Of a stretch of 64,000 bases of DNA, positions 36,019 to 47,500 are shown piece by piece; the stretch's first letter is position 1, and each line of letters begins with the position of its first letter. The translations under genes were made by a program, and so were the position numbers. The notes beneath the pieces were generated by a model. It saw nothing but the letters and a program-made list of their open reading frames with translations. It did no database searches and was not told the origin of the DNA. This DNA comes from Cirrosporium novae-zelandiae (Eukaryota): positions 62,001-126,000 of the forward strand of contig JAPETS010000009.1 of NCBI GenBank assembly GCA_026023565.1, written 5' to 3'.

Positions 36019-38118
36019 CTACCCAGTATACTCACTCTGCACGCTCCCAAACCCCTGCCTACACTCCCTCCCCAACGCTACACTCGCACTCCTAATATAA
36101 CAAATTTTCGCCTCCCAACACTTCTTCGTATCGCACAACGGACTCTCCACCGACGATTTCCCCTGCAGCGTATTAAACCTCTCTATCAAACTACTATTCC
36201 CTTCCATCGCCTCCGTGACACGGTGCCAGAAGGTTGCGTTTAGGGGAGCGGTAGAGGGCCAGGAGATTGCGGGGCCGTAGGTTTGGCGGGTGGAGTATTC
36301 GTATTGGAAGGTGGGGCCGGTGGGGATGTATGTGGTGTTGGAGTCGAGGTCGGGGAAGGAATTTACGTCTGCGTAAAAAGTGTGGGCGTCCATGATGTCG
36401 AAGGTGGAGGTGTCGACTTCGTACATGCGGAAGCCCGAGTTTAGGTTTGTGAGGGGCGTGATGCTGGGGCCGAGCCAGGCGGTTGTGAGGGCGGTGTCGG
36501 CGGCCCTAAGGGTGCCGTTGTTGGCGTAGAAGATCATGAGTTGGTCTTCGTGGGTGTGGCCGAAGAAGACGTTGGCGATGACGTGCGGCGAGTAGCGGTC
36601 GATAATTTGGTAGAAGAGGTCTGTTGGGTTTGGGAGCGGGTTGGTGCCGTCCCAGCCTGTGAGTACATGGCCTGTGATCCAGACGCGCTCCGAGGCGTCT
36701 TCGGCTGCTTGTAGTTCTTTGATTAGGAATTTGAGGATGTTGGAGTTGTCGGGGTTGGTCGTGTTGATGTAATTTAGGTAGTTGGATTTGTACCAGAAGT
36801 CTGTGTTGAGTGTGATGATGCGGAGGCCGTGTGGGGTCTTGATGCTGTAGGCGCCGTAGTGGAGACGCGCTTGTGCGGCAGCGGTGGCGTCAATCCAGCC
36901 TTCGTGTTGCCAAAGGGCGGAGACGTGATCAAAGTTCCAGGACATTTGCTGCCCGAGGGGTCCGGGGAGGCTGTGGGGGGCGTCTACAGCTTCCGGGTTG
37001 GTGTCGTGGTTTCCGAGGACCGGGAAGATCGGTCCAGAGATGTACGACTTGAGCATTGAGTAGATGCTAGTTTCTGCGTATTCTGTGTAGGCGCGTGAAA
37101 GCTGGTTTTGTTCATCGTGCGAGACGAGGTCGCCTGTATAGATGGACCACGCAAATTTTGCGCTACTGTTTCCTGTCCCTGTTAGGGGACCGATGGATTG
37201 AAGGGCTGCTAATGCTAGGTAGTATGGTGTATCGCATTGATAGGCTCCGTATAATGGTGCTGGGAATGATATGTCCCCTGAAGCCAGGTCGGAGTTCTTG
37301 TTACCTACCCTACAGCACAAGCCGCTGGAGCAATTTGCCTCTGAATGATACTCGTACCTCGGGTCCAGGTGCAGGTCCGACAAGTGTAAGACCTTGACGC
37401 GCTCACCGCTGGGTTGAGGCGCTGTTGCGTTCGCCGGTTTTGGTTTGGGAAAGAGATTCGTCGTATTGAGAGGGGTTGTGGTTGGTTCTGAGCAGAAATG
37501 GCTGCTCAAATCCCAACAGACATATTGTCCATCCAATCCGCCCATGTCGCCCAATGCCAACACTTGTGTCATAATAGCCCCAAAGTTGGTACTTTCATAG
37601 TTTTCCTTACACGAAGACTTTGACTTGAATCCCGTCTTCTCGCATAGATTGACCAACATATCAGGAACCTTGCTAGGAGCCACAAGAGCAACAGACTTGG
37701 CTTGTTCTAGTGCCGACTTACATTTAGTGCAATTGCTCTCGGTGCCATTTCCATCGATTATAGCAAGGATCTGAGCCGTAACCTTTGTGACCAGTTTATC
37801 GGCGGCTGTATCCGAGATATTGCCCACAGGTTGAGGATAGTAGACCGGGTCCTCGTCAACATCTGGTATTGTATCTGGATCTGTGAGATTGAGAGGGAAA
37901 GTAATATTTAAGATTGGGTCATAAATCGCAGGCTGGGGCTCCTCCGTGGGCGCTGGGTTGACATAGTAGGAGGAAAAGACAGATGTGGGAAATCCTCCAG
38001 AAACAACATAGGATGAAGCTCCTGGTACTGAATTTGATATCCCAGATACCTGGTTAGACAAGGATATCAATGACACGGCCACTTGAACGACGGTCCTCAG
38101 GGTTAGGTTTTGCCCCAT
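36019..38118 (-). CDS. Secreted acid sphingomyelinase-like metallophosphoesterase (saposin-like + calcineurin-like domain)
   Basis: Signal peptide, Cys-rich saposin-like segment, HLSDLHLD, TGDLVSHD, LGNHD, TGH, FFGHTHED and PSITPLTNLNSGFR. Confidence 0.92.
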   Translation of the reverse strand: MGQNLTLRTVVQVAVSLISLSNQVSGISNSVPGASSYVVSGGFPTSVFSSYYVNPAPTEEPQPAIYDPILNITFPLNLTDPDTIPDVDEDPVYYPQPVGNISDTAADKLVTKVTAQILAIIDGNGTESNCTKCKSALEQAKSVALVAPSKVPDMLVNLCEKTGFKSKSSCKENYESTNFGAIMTQVLALGDMGGLDGQYVCWDLSSHFCSEPTTTPLNTTNLFPKPKPANATAPQPSGERVKVLHLSDLHLDPRYEYHSEANCSSGLCCRVGNKNSDLASGDISFPAPLYGAYQCDTPYYLALAALQSIGPLTGTGNSSAKFAWSIYTGDLVSHDEQNQLSRAYTEYAETSIYSMLKSYISGPIFPVLGNHDTNPEAVDAPHSLPGPLGQQMSWNFDHVSALWQHEGWIDATAAAQARLHYGAYSIKTPHGLRIITLNTDFWYKSNYLNYINTTNPDNSNILKFLIKELQAAEDASERVWITGHVLTGWDGTNPLPNPTDLFYQIIDRYSPHVIANVFFGHTHEDQLMIFYANNGTLRAADTALTTAWLGPSITPLTNLNSGFRMYEVDTSTFDIMDAHTFYADVNSFPDLDSNTTYIPTGPTFQYEYSTRQTYGPAISWPSTAPLNATFWHRVTEAMEGNSSLIERFNTLQGKSSVESPLCDTKKCWEAKICYIRSASVALGRECRQGFGSVQSEYTG

Positions 38119-39239
38119 GATGGGTTATGTAATGAGATATTCAAGCGACGAAAACCCGATTATGGGAACAAAATAAAAGCAGAATCAAGTCTCCAAATCT
38201 CTCTAGAATTTCATGGGAGGGAAAGAAATTTTGAATATTTTGCCAGCTGTGGGCTACACAGTCAGATAGCAAATCGTTAAAGACTCGGATTATATTCAAA
38301 TTCTTGAGGGAAAAGTGAAGCAAGGAAAGGAAAACTTCGACCCAGCTTCTCAGATACAAAAGCCGTTAAAAGGACAAGGCCTGGGTTTATATATGTTTGG
38401 TTATAGACGGTACCTGCATGATTAGCATTACCTCGAAAAAGCCAGTTGAGAAAGGAGAGGAAGAGGAACAGAGCGAATTGGCGAATGATTTGATCAGCAC
38501 GTGGGATATGGATTTCCCTACAAGCTCAATGATTTGCTGTCAAGCTTTATCGATAATAACGGTGCGCAATTAGTCAGTGATCCCGAGGGATAAGTCGCTC
38601 TAATAGATATGAGTATGGATGTTGATCCAAATTATTGAATAAGCACTTAGCATGTTGCACAAAACAAATGTCCAAACCCAACACTCCTTGCTTGAAGTAG
38701 CACAAAAAAACAAAAAGTATAATACAGGTAGATTATAGAATTACTGCGATATTATAAGTGTTTTGTATTTCATCATCTTACCACTTTTCGAGGGGTGTAT
38801 TGTGATAGAAAGAGCTCCAATAATCTGTAAACCATTTTTGAGAGGGTTTTTGTAGATACGATTGTGGGAATAATTATTCAATTAATTATGCTTGCTCGGC
38901 AGCGGCACAACGGACATTACGCATGGCACTAAATAGAGTACGTACATAAGTCCTTAGGTACATAATTATCCGGATACTACCTACCTTCTACAACGGGATA
39001 AGATTGTCTTGTGTTCAATTTTCCATGTTTGATTGGACAATAGTTTCTCAACTCCAAGATTCCATGACATCACCATCAAGTGAAGAATGAAGCATCATGG
39101 AAATAATTCATGACATTATTTTTATCATGTCTCCTACACAATTGTTCGACTCAAGCTCAATACGTGTATCTCCAAAAGCCATTATCAATGAGTGTCAAGA
39201 TACCATACAATCATAATCTCTTGCCAAAACTCATGTCCC

Positions 39240-40195
39240 TCATCCCAAATAATCTCCATTGGTCTCCTTGTGAATCATATCAAACATCGGCTTGGCACTG
39301 AACCATCCATCCCGGGGACCGCCTATCGACTTGTAAGTATATTGGGCGTCTTCGTCTTGGATTTTGATCGTTGCCCCTCCTCGCCCACCAGCAGCCGCGT
39401 CGGCCATTAGTTGGGTATGGCAGCATCTTTCCAAGCTTACAAACCAGAAGACTGCAGCTTCTACCGATTCTCCAACTGTGAGAATGCCGTGGTTCTGGAG
39501 AAGGGCAGCCTTCTTGTCACCTAGAGCAGCTGCAATGTTTTTACCTTCCTCTTCAGCTAAAACGATACCATTGAAAGTCTCATAGACAACATGATCCTAA
39601 TTCATTTATTAGTAAATGGAGCCTTGATATCGATTAAATGTCTTACGTTGTAGAAGATACATGAATCCTGAGTAATGATATCCAATGGTCTTCCCAATGT
39701 GCAAAATGTTCGGCCATAAATGCTATGGCTATGAGCGGCACAGTTCACATCTGGTCTTGCAGCATGAATTGCGGAATGGATCATGAAAGCAGCAGTGTTG
39801 AGCAATCGAACTGGTCCTCCATCAATGATTTGCCCCCGATGATTGACTTGGATTAAATCCGACGAGGTTATCATTGAAAAAGCTACTCCAAATGGATTAA
39901 CCCAAAAGGTGGTGGGGTCAACCGGATCCCGAAGGGTTATGTGGCCAGCAACCCCTTGGTCATAACCGTATTTGCCGAAGATACGAAAAGCTGCAGCGAG
40001 CCGACCTTTGAGGTATTCACGTTCTTCGTATTTATCCTCGAATTCGGGCTGAGTAGGTTTGCTCATGTTGTGTTTCGAGGCAGCCTTGGTCTTGGATTCA
40101 CTGAGACCCGACTCAATAGCGTCCTCGCCACCAGAAGAGGCTTGTCCATCCATGTACGTTGCCGTTTCAGTCATGGTAGCTGATGGGGGAGCCAT
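39240..40195 (-). CDS. Class II aldolase/adducin-family protein
   Basis: AAAFRIFGKYGYDQGVAGHITLRDP, FMIHSAIHAARPDVNCAAHSHS and LLQNHGILTVG. One intron at ~39598-39647. Confidence 0.93.
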
Positions 40196-43135
40196 CTTAG
40201 AAGGCAAAGTTTAGTGCAGCTAATATCCTAATAAGTTGGTCAGAATACTTGGTTGAAGTGGCAAGGAAGAGAAAAGGATGTTATCTGGGATATGTACCGA
40301 TAGATATATCTGGCAAAGCACTCAGTATGAATGCCTTGGCGCCAGCTTGGTCTGGGTCTGTGAGATAAGCAGATGTAAATGCTATGCAGTACATATCTGA
40401 CCAGAAATGAAAGACGTTGAAATTGCCAAGTGGGTATGGGCAATTGTGGAGAAGTCAAGGTTCATGATGCATTACCCCGCAAGGTGTTCGGGTCAAGATG
40501 TACGAGGAGACGAATGTACCGTTAGAGAGGTCCCTCGCTGAACGGTACGAAATAACTTCAAGGGATAACAAATCCTGGTAAATCATTCATCCTGTTAGGA
40601 ATCGAAGCTGATATTGAAATGCTCTCTTAATTCTCACCTTGAAATAATACCAACATCCTATAGGTACAATACCAATATTTGGAAATATGATGGCCAGTAG
40701 TAAAGGTGGTTGATGAGTCCAGTAGCTGGTTGCGCGCCTAAGGTTCAAACTTCGCTTACGCGCAAAACAGCTCCTTCCATCACTAGGCCTAGCAGTTTCT
40801 TCTTTTGACAATAAGACATACCTCTTCAGGACTACGACTTATCATAAATAACTTGGTCAGCAAGGATATATAGATGTTATCAGGTCAACAAGGATGTATA
40901 AATATTATCAGGCTACCTCAACGACCGACCGATAGCCTTTCTGGAATCATGCAAGTTAATCGCAAATGCAGTCTTATTGCTTAGGGCATGGGAAGCACTG
41001 CAGTGCAAAGGAAATAGAATCAGGCTTATAGGCAGCAGCACTACATAGGCGATAGTTGGAGATGGTGCTGATCAAATTAATTAGTCTAATACATAAAAAG
41101 AACGAGTGTGATTGCAGGTACAAGAAACCGGAACATTTTAAGCGGTGTAATCCCACCTTGTTTCAACAAACATTCAAAACTTTTCATGATATTGAAAATA
41201 GATGCCAATTGATCTTCGAGACAGCGCGTCTTCGATACTTAAAAAACATCAATCAGTTGAGAAGATTGAAAGGTGGTCACCAGTACCAGTATGTTGGTAC
41301 AACAGCCCTATGGATGGATCATTAAGCCTTAAAAGCTCCCAGGGGATTCCTTCCTGACTCCATTCCAATGAGTTCATGGTTTCGTTAATCAGGAGATATC
41401 ATCCAGGAGGTCAAATATATCTGAAACAAAGCCTCAGCGCGGAGGTTTAAACATGTCAACTACAGTATGTGCCAGTATCAATGAATTAATATGGAACGCA
41501 ATCACTTAATTATGGAGTGTGTGATCAGGGGAAAATAAAGAAAATCTGTCGGTTTGAACATATGTTGAATGACCTTGGAAGTTCACTCTAGAGCCGGTGA
41601 GCTGAGTCTATGGAAAGGAGTCTGTTGTATTTGGTCTCTCCTTTGTTACTTTCTTCTCTCAAAAATTTAACAGAGATGACTAACCGCAAGGTCACCGACT
41701 CAATAGAATCCTCCAAACTTAGGCTGGCACCCTACCTGTAGGCTAATTAGTACCTTGGTAAATTTCGCCATTATTCGCCAAGTATTCGCCAGCGGACTTT
41801 GATAAAACATTCGGCCATGCGGAGTCTTTTCACCAACACGTGGAATTAAGCATTTTGGAACCTTCGAATCGAGGCGTACCGAACCTTTTTACGTAGCGGT
41901 CAATGGCTTCGTTGTCAAAGATGGCGGCGATGGTGTGTGGCTGTCGAGGACAATGTGACATTGGCTTTCGGGGAAGACAGTTGAAAGGTTCCTTTTCATT
42001 GATTCTTTCGCCTGTTGGGACCTCGAACTGCAAGTATTGAAACCCAATGTCAAACCCTTCCAAAGAAAGATGAGATTTGTGGCAAACGCCATTATCTGGA
42101 TTTAGCTTCCTAGGATTCACAGCTGCAGTGAGATAGAGCTCATGCTATCTGAAGAAAAGCGGGTAGTCCCACCAATCCATGGCCACCATTGTCATCCTTC
42201 ATTATATGTAAGCCATGTGTGTGTGTGTGTGTGTGTGATAGAGTTCATTATTGGAGCTCTAACCTGTCAAAACTTCAGACCATCAGAACCAATTTGTATC
42301 TGGAGCGGTCACGGTAGATAGGAAGTTTGATCATTTTGCAAAGTGAGACATTGGATGGAAGTTGGCAACCAGAATGTCACTTGTCAAGAACCGGTGAGGG
42401 TTCGTGGAGCTTCTTGAGAAAAACGGGGATGCTGTATGTAGATTTGACAAAATTACTATGTAGTTCGAGATTCAGAGATTTTAATATGTTGGAAATTACA
42501 CAGCTGTCTCCCTAGGCAGCTAAATGTATTTAGGTTCGTCAACACCATGATCAATGCCAGTTCATAATTATCATAATTGTCATAGTTGTCTCTTGTTAAT
42601 TACCTAGTCATCTGAAGTCATCCGAAGCCATCATAGTATCCGAGCAGTGAGCACTCCAGGATAAGGTCTTTGCAGCCATGCTTACAGATTCAAAATAAGT
42701 GGAACTTATATTAATGCATCTGGGATCTAGGACTTGACCATTCATAATTCCTGTTTAATGATGCTTTGCATGCTTGGGAACAATATATTCTTTTCTATTT
42801 TTTCCCCCTAGGATCTACCGACTCCGAGGATTTTAAGTATGGATGCCCAATTGTCGATCAAATTAATGAGATGGTTTAGTATCCATAGGCCATATGGTGA
42901 GCTCAGCTGTTGGAGATAGTTATTAAAGACCTTAGAATACTTGTGGGATGTGGGACGTGGGATGTGATGTGGGTAACTAAGTTCAAGTACCCAAGAGACC
43001 AAATTCCAAGGTTGTCATTTTTGTTAATTAAAGGCTGCAGGGTTTGGGGAAACACTAAGGTTCGGTACGGAGAGGTCAGTTTTCCCCGGCCATAGCCTCA
43101 ACATAATTGAAAGGCCGGTTCAAGTCAATCCGGGT

Positions 43136-43208
43136 CTACTGTAACCTACTGTAGCCTACTGTGACCTACTGTGACCTACTGTGACCGACTGTGACCTACT
43201 GTGACCTA
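43136..43208. repeat. 10-bp tandem minisatellite (GTGACCTACT) x ~7
   Basis: gtaacctact gtagcctact gtgacctact gtgacctact gtgaccgact gtgacctact gtgaccta. Confidence 0.9.
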
Positions 43209-44540
43209 AAATGACCACGCGCAATTCCCATTGTCCAATCACGGGCCTTTGTTGACGTAATGTCGACAAGTATTTCACTTTCGGGCAACAAGTCCGGTTA
43301 CCAAGATGAATGTCTGCCGGCCAACCGCGGTGGGCAAAGGAATTTGGTTGAAAATCCCCTTAAGCGAATTGGGTAATTGCTCTACTTGACTGGGTTGCCG
43401 TTGAAGACGAAGTAGACGACGACGTAAAAAAAAAGAAAAAAGAAGTAATCAACTATCAACTTCTCCTCCTCCTACTATTAGAAGTACTGTACCTTCCTTA
43501 GATCATTGCTGCCTGATACGAATTGTGATCGACAACCTATGCATTATTAGAGTGATTTGGAAAGGAAAAAAAAGAAAAACGCAAACAAAAAAAAATAAGA
43601 AACAGATTTGTTATTGTTGTAACAAGATTGTGAGGTTAAGAGATTGTGAGATTTGAGATTAGAGATTATAAGATAGAGAGATTGCGATTGTGAGGGTGGT
43701 TTGTGACTCGTGGGTAGAGAAATGACAAGAGTGACTTTGATCAACTATCGGTGACTGACCCAGAATGTCAGTGACTGTCAGTGACTGTCAGTGACCATAC
43801 ATCGGGTTCATCACATCCATCCCCCCCTCCCCCCCCCCCCAAAATCAAAAATCAGACTTAATTCATCATCCACACCTTTGTGACGTATTACCACTCCCCC
43901 CCCCCCCAGTCACTTCTAATGATACAAAGGTACTTTCCTTTCTTTTCACCAATTCGTCAATTCGTCAATCCTCGTCAGCCCTCCTTAATCGGTCATAGCC
44001 CCACACCCCTTCAATTCCAAGGATTCCAGCCATCCAAACCCCGGTTGAAAGTGCCAAAGTGCCAAAGTGCCAAAAGGCCCAGCTTTCTTGGACCTATTTG
44101 CTTGCCAAAGCAACCAAACCGTTGCCCACTGCGCTCACTCCAATCCCCGGCCCTGTTCACTACACATCTGCACTCAATTACCCAGTCACTCTCTTCTGTC
44201 TCCTGTACCTCAATCTTTTTCCACTTCGTATTTCCATTTCGCATCCCCAACTCTCCCACCTGTTGGAAACTCTTCCCTCCTTCGTCATCTGACAATCTTT
44301 TGGGCTCACAACTAGTCTGTCCTTTACCATTCGCAGCTCCCACTGGACTTTCATTAAGACATTGACATGATGCCGAGTCGCCCCGACCAACGTTCACGAC
44401 GGTCTTGATCACGAATCATCACGTAGTGGAAATTCCCCCCCCCACCCGGTCAAATTGATTATGCCAGTAGGCGCTCTTGGTGATTGTTTACGCTCATTCC
44501 ACCAGCGTCACGAAACCAATCTGTCCAACCCACGCGCATT

Positions 44541-47500
44541 ATGACTACCACTGTTGAAGGTCCACCGCCCCCCTCACCGTCGGCTCACACCTCGTTAGCT
44601 TCCCTCCCAGGCGCCAGATATATCGAAAGTCATGAACGGGATTCGCATATGAGACAATATTCAACTGCCACATCAACCTCGTCAACCGGACGCCATCGTT
44701 CTGCCTCCCCAAGGATGACCAAGGAAACTGTCGGGGGTCGGAAAAAGGAGTTTTTGCGTAACACAGCAGGAAGGATAAGGAAAAACTCGTTGCGCCACGT
44801 CAAGGATAGCACCGAAGTTTTGCGAGAGCGATCCCTACGAAGCCAGTGCACAGATACGCTGTCCGAAGGAAGTTCTGGAGGAAGAGAGGGTAGATCTTTT
44901 ACGGTCGGGAATGTGGGGAATGGCATGATATATTTGAGGTATGTGAAACATTACCCATTGTACCAACTCAATTGGTGGTCTAAGATGCGTCAATGCTCGT
45001 CATCGTGCCTGACATGTTCATGAAAGCATTCGAGATCTTTTCAGGCATGGCTAACTTGATATCCTCACAGACCAATGGTGAGACCTGCGACGCAGAGGTC
45101 TCAGCAACCGTTTACTTTCCCATCTAATGAGCCATTGTCAAATGCCCGACCAAAAACCGGAGGCCCTGGACAGGGAATACCGAAGGAGATTGCGCGAAAC
45201 AGTATTTGGTCTAGCAGTGAGATATCGGAATCAAAACCCCGGAATATATTCGAGCAACTTCATAATCATGAAGCCCGGCAAGGGAGCTCATCACACTCTC
45301 CCAAGATAAAGAATAAACGCGCGCACTCATTCTCAACCATTGGTGATGATCACAGCCTGACGGTGGATCCCAAGTCTGGCACATTAAAAATTGTAATCAA
45401 CCGCCCAACATCGAGGAGACCGTCTTCGGCAGATGAACCTACTATACCCACCATCGAGGTTCCAATACCACATTATCGTCTTGGAAGCCCCCGCTTTAGC
45501 ACTCAAGGTACGGCAATGTTGCGAAGCTCGATATATACTAGGACATCAGGCACCGACAATAATTTTCGATCATCCATGCTCTCGATGGGTGGATATGATG
45601 CGCTGTTCCCGTATTCGCCAGATCGAAATCGAAACAATGATTGCCGATATTCGTTAAATGGTCTGAATTCGTTGCGTCTCCAGCCAGGTCCTATGGAGGG
45701 TGTTCCTAGGAGGTCAACTGTATTACCCCTAGCTGTGTTTACCAGATCAAAGGAACCTATTACCCCGGAAATATTTGATGCCTTGGCTCAAGGTCTCAAC
45801 GACCCATCCGTTGCACGCTTTTCCCCCACCACAGGAGAACTCACCGCTGGAACTCCAGCTCGGATTATCGCACAGATCACGTCAGATTCAGTCATGGACT
45901 ACGAACTGGTTTCGGACTTCTTTCTTACAGTACGTTCCTACTTGTCAACCGACGACCTATTGGCCCTCCTGTTTTCCAGGCTGAAATGGGCAATAAATCG
46001 ATTTGAATCGGACGGGAGGATTGTGCGTATACGTACATTCGCTGCGATGCGACATTGGATCCTAAATTACTTCCTTGATGACTTTGTGCTCCATAGAGCG
46101 TTGCGAATCCAATTCTGTGAGAAACTAAACTCCCTGTTTAAAGAGGTTTCGCAAAGAACGGAGGGTGGGACAAGTGACTTGAAGATTCTTTTGGACCTGA
46201 AGAAATGCTGGAATGGGCGATGTGCACTATATTGGGACTCACCTTCCTTTTCTCTTGATGCGAATCCGGCAGCCGATCTTCTTCCCGGAGGTGTCGCAGG
46301 GAGCCGGAATAGTGATCTTAACAGTCTGAGTGATCTTCGGCAGCAAGTTCAGGAAGAGCCGGAGGAGATGGATGATGCCGAAAATGCTGAAGCTGCGGAC
46401 CAAATCCAAGACGGATTAGGAACATGGTTTGGTGACTTTGACAATCCCCCGATTGAGCGGTCCGGCCATGGACGGGACGCCTCTATGGATTCAACTTATA
46501 TGCCAATCTCGCCCATGAGCGAACGCAGTGTGCAGCCCTTGTCATGCTCCTTGCCCGGAAAAAACCTTAAACGAACATGGCCAAGCATATATAAGACAAG
46601 TGGTCCACGACCAGTTCCACTCTCCTCTTTCACCCCCACCTCTCTCGCAGCCGGCAGAAAACGTCCAATCCATCAACATAAACGTAGCGGGAGCTTTTCA
46701 GACTCGGTTAGAGACGATAGAGCACCCCTTCCCGCATCTAAAGTGATGACGCAAAACGTCCCAATTGTTTATGCTTTTCCTGAAGAGGGCAGCATTATTC
46801 GTGGAACCGTCTTTCCTCCAGTCGATCCTTACATCGATTTAATAGTCCCTACGAGTCCAACCTCTCCCCCCACGATTCAAGAACCTTCACGAATCCGGTC
46901 TACGCCGAATCTCGAAGCCACCGATCGGTCCGCGTCATCAAGTCCAGGAACAAAAATATTTGGCTCAATTCGTCGAGCTTTGAGTAGCAGACACAGCCCC
47001 GGCTCCAGCCATGACCGTCATGATGCAAACATGGCATCAACACCTGGAACCGCCAAAAGTCTTGCCCTTCCTTCACATGTCACCTTTAGTTTTGGAGCAC
47101 CAATCAGCCGAAAAGCGGAACCCAGCATTCAACATCAGTCTCGTCTGGATGTATTAAGTGCCGAAGTCTCTGAAGCGTACCGGAAGATACTGCAAGCCCA
47201 TAACCAGATCCAAGAAGATGAAGGGGACCTAGACAGTGCGCAAGGGCAACCTTCAGCCAGCGGAACACGCACCCCCCAGCCTCTAGCACCGATACGACGT
47301 ATTCCCAGCCAAGTTACTCAAGGGAGTCAATCTATCGTGATTGTTGATGACACCGGTTTGGATCTCCCTACCATGTCTGGAGCTCTCCAGCTGGGGCCAT
47401 CCTCGGTATCTTCACCGCAGTCCACCCTAAGTCCACGCCCAATGCATCCGTTGCGTGCATCCTGCTTGAGTAGAAGGCGATCATTTGACGGGGAACGGTC

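Noticed and set aside
1..43000. Complete Starship or other autonomous transposon
   Set aside because: No tyrosine recombinase, transposase, reverse transcriptase or integrase motifs are visible, and no boundary repeats were identified.
43136..43208. Possible CRISPR-like array
   Set aside because: Contiguous 10-bp units with no spacers, eukaryotic context and no cas genes.
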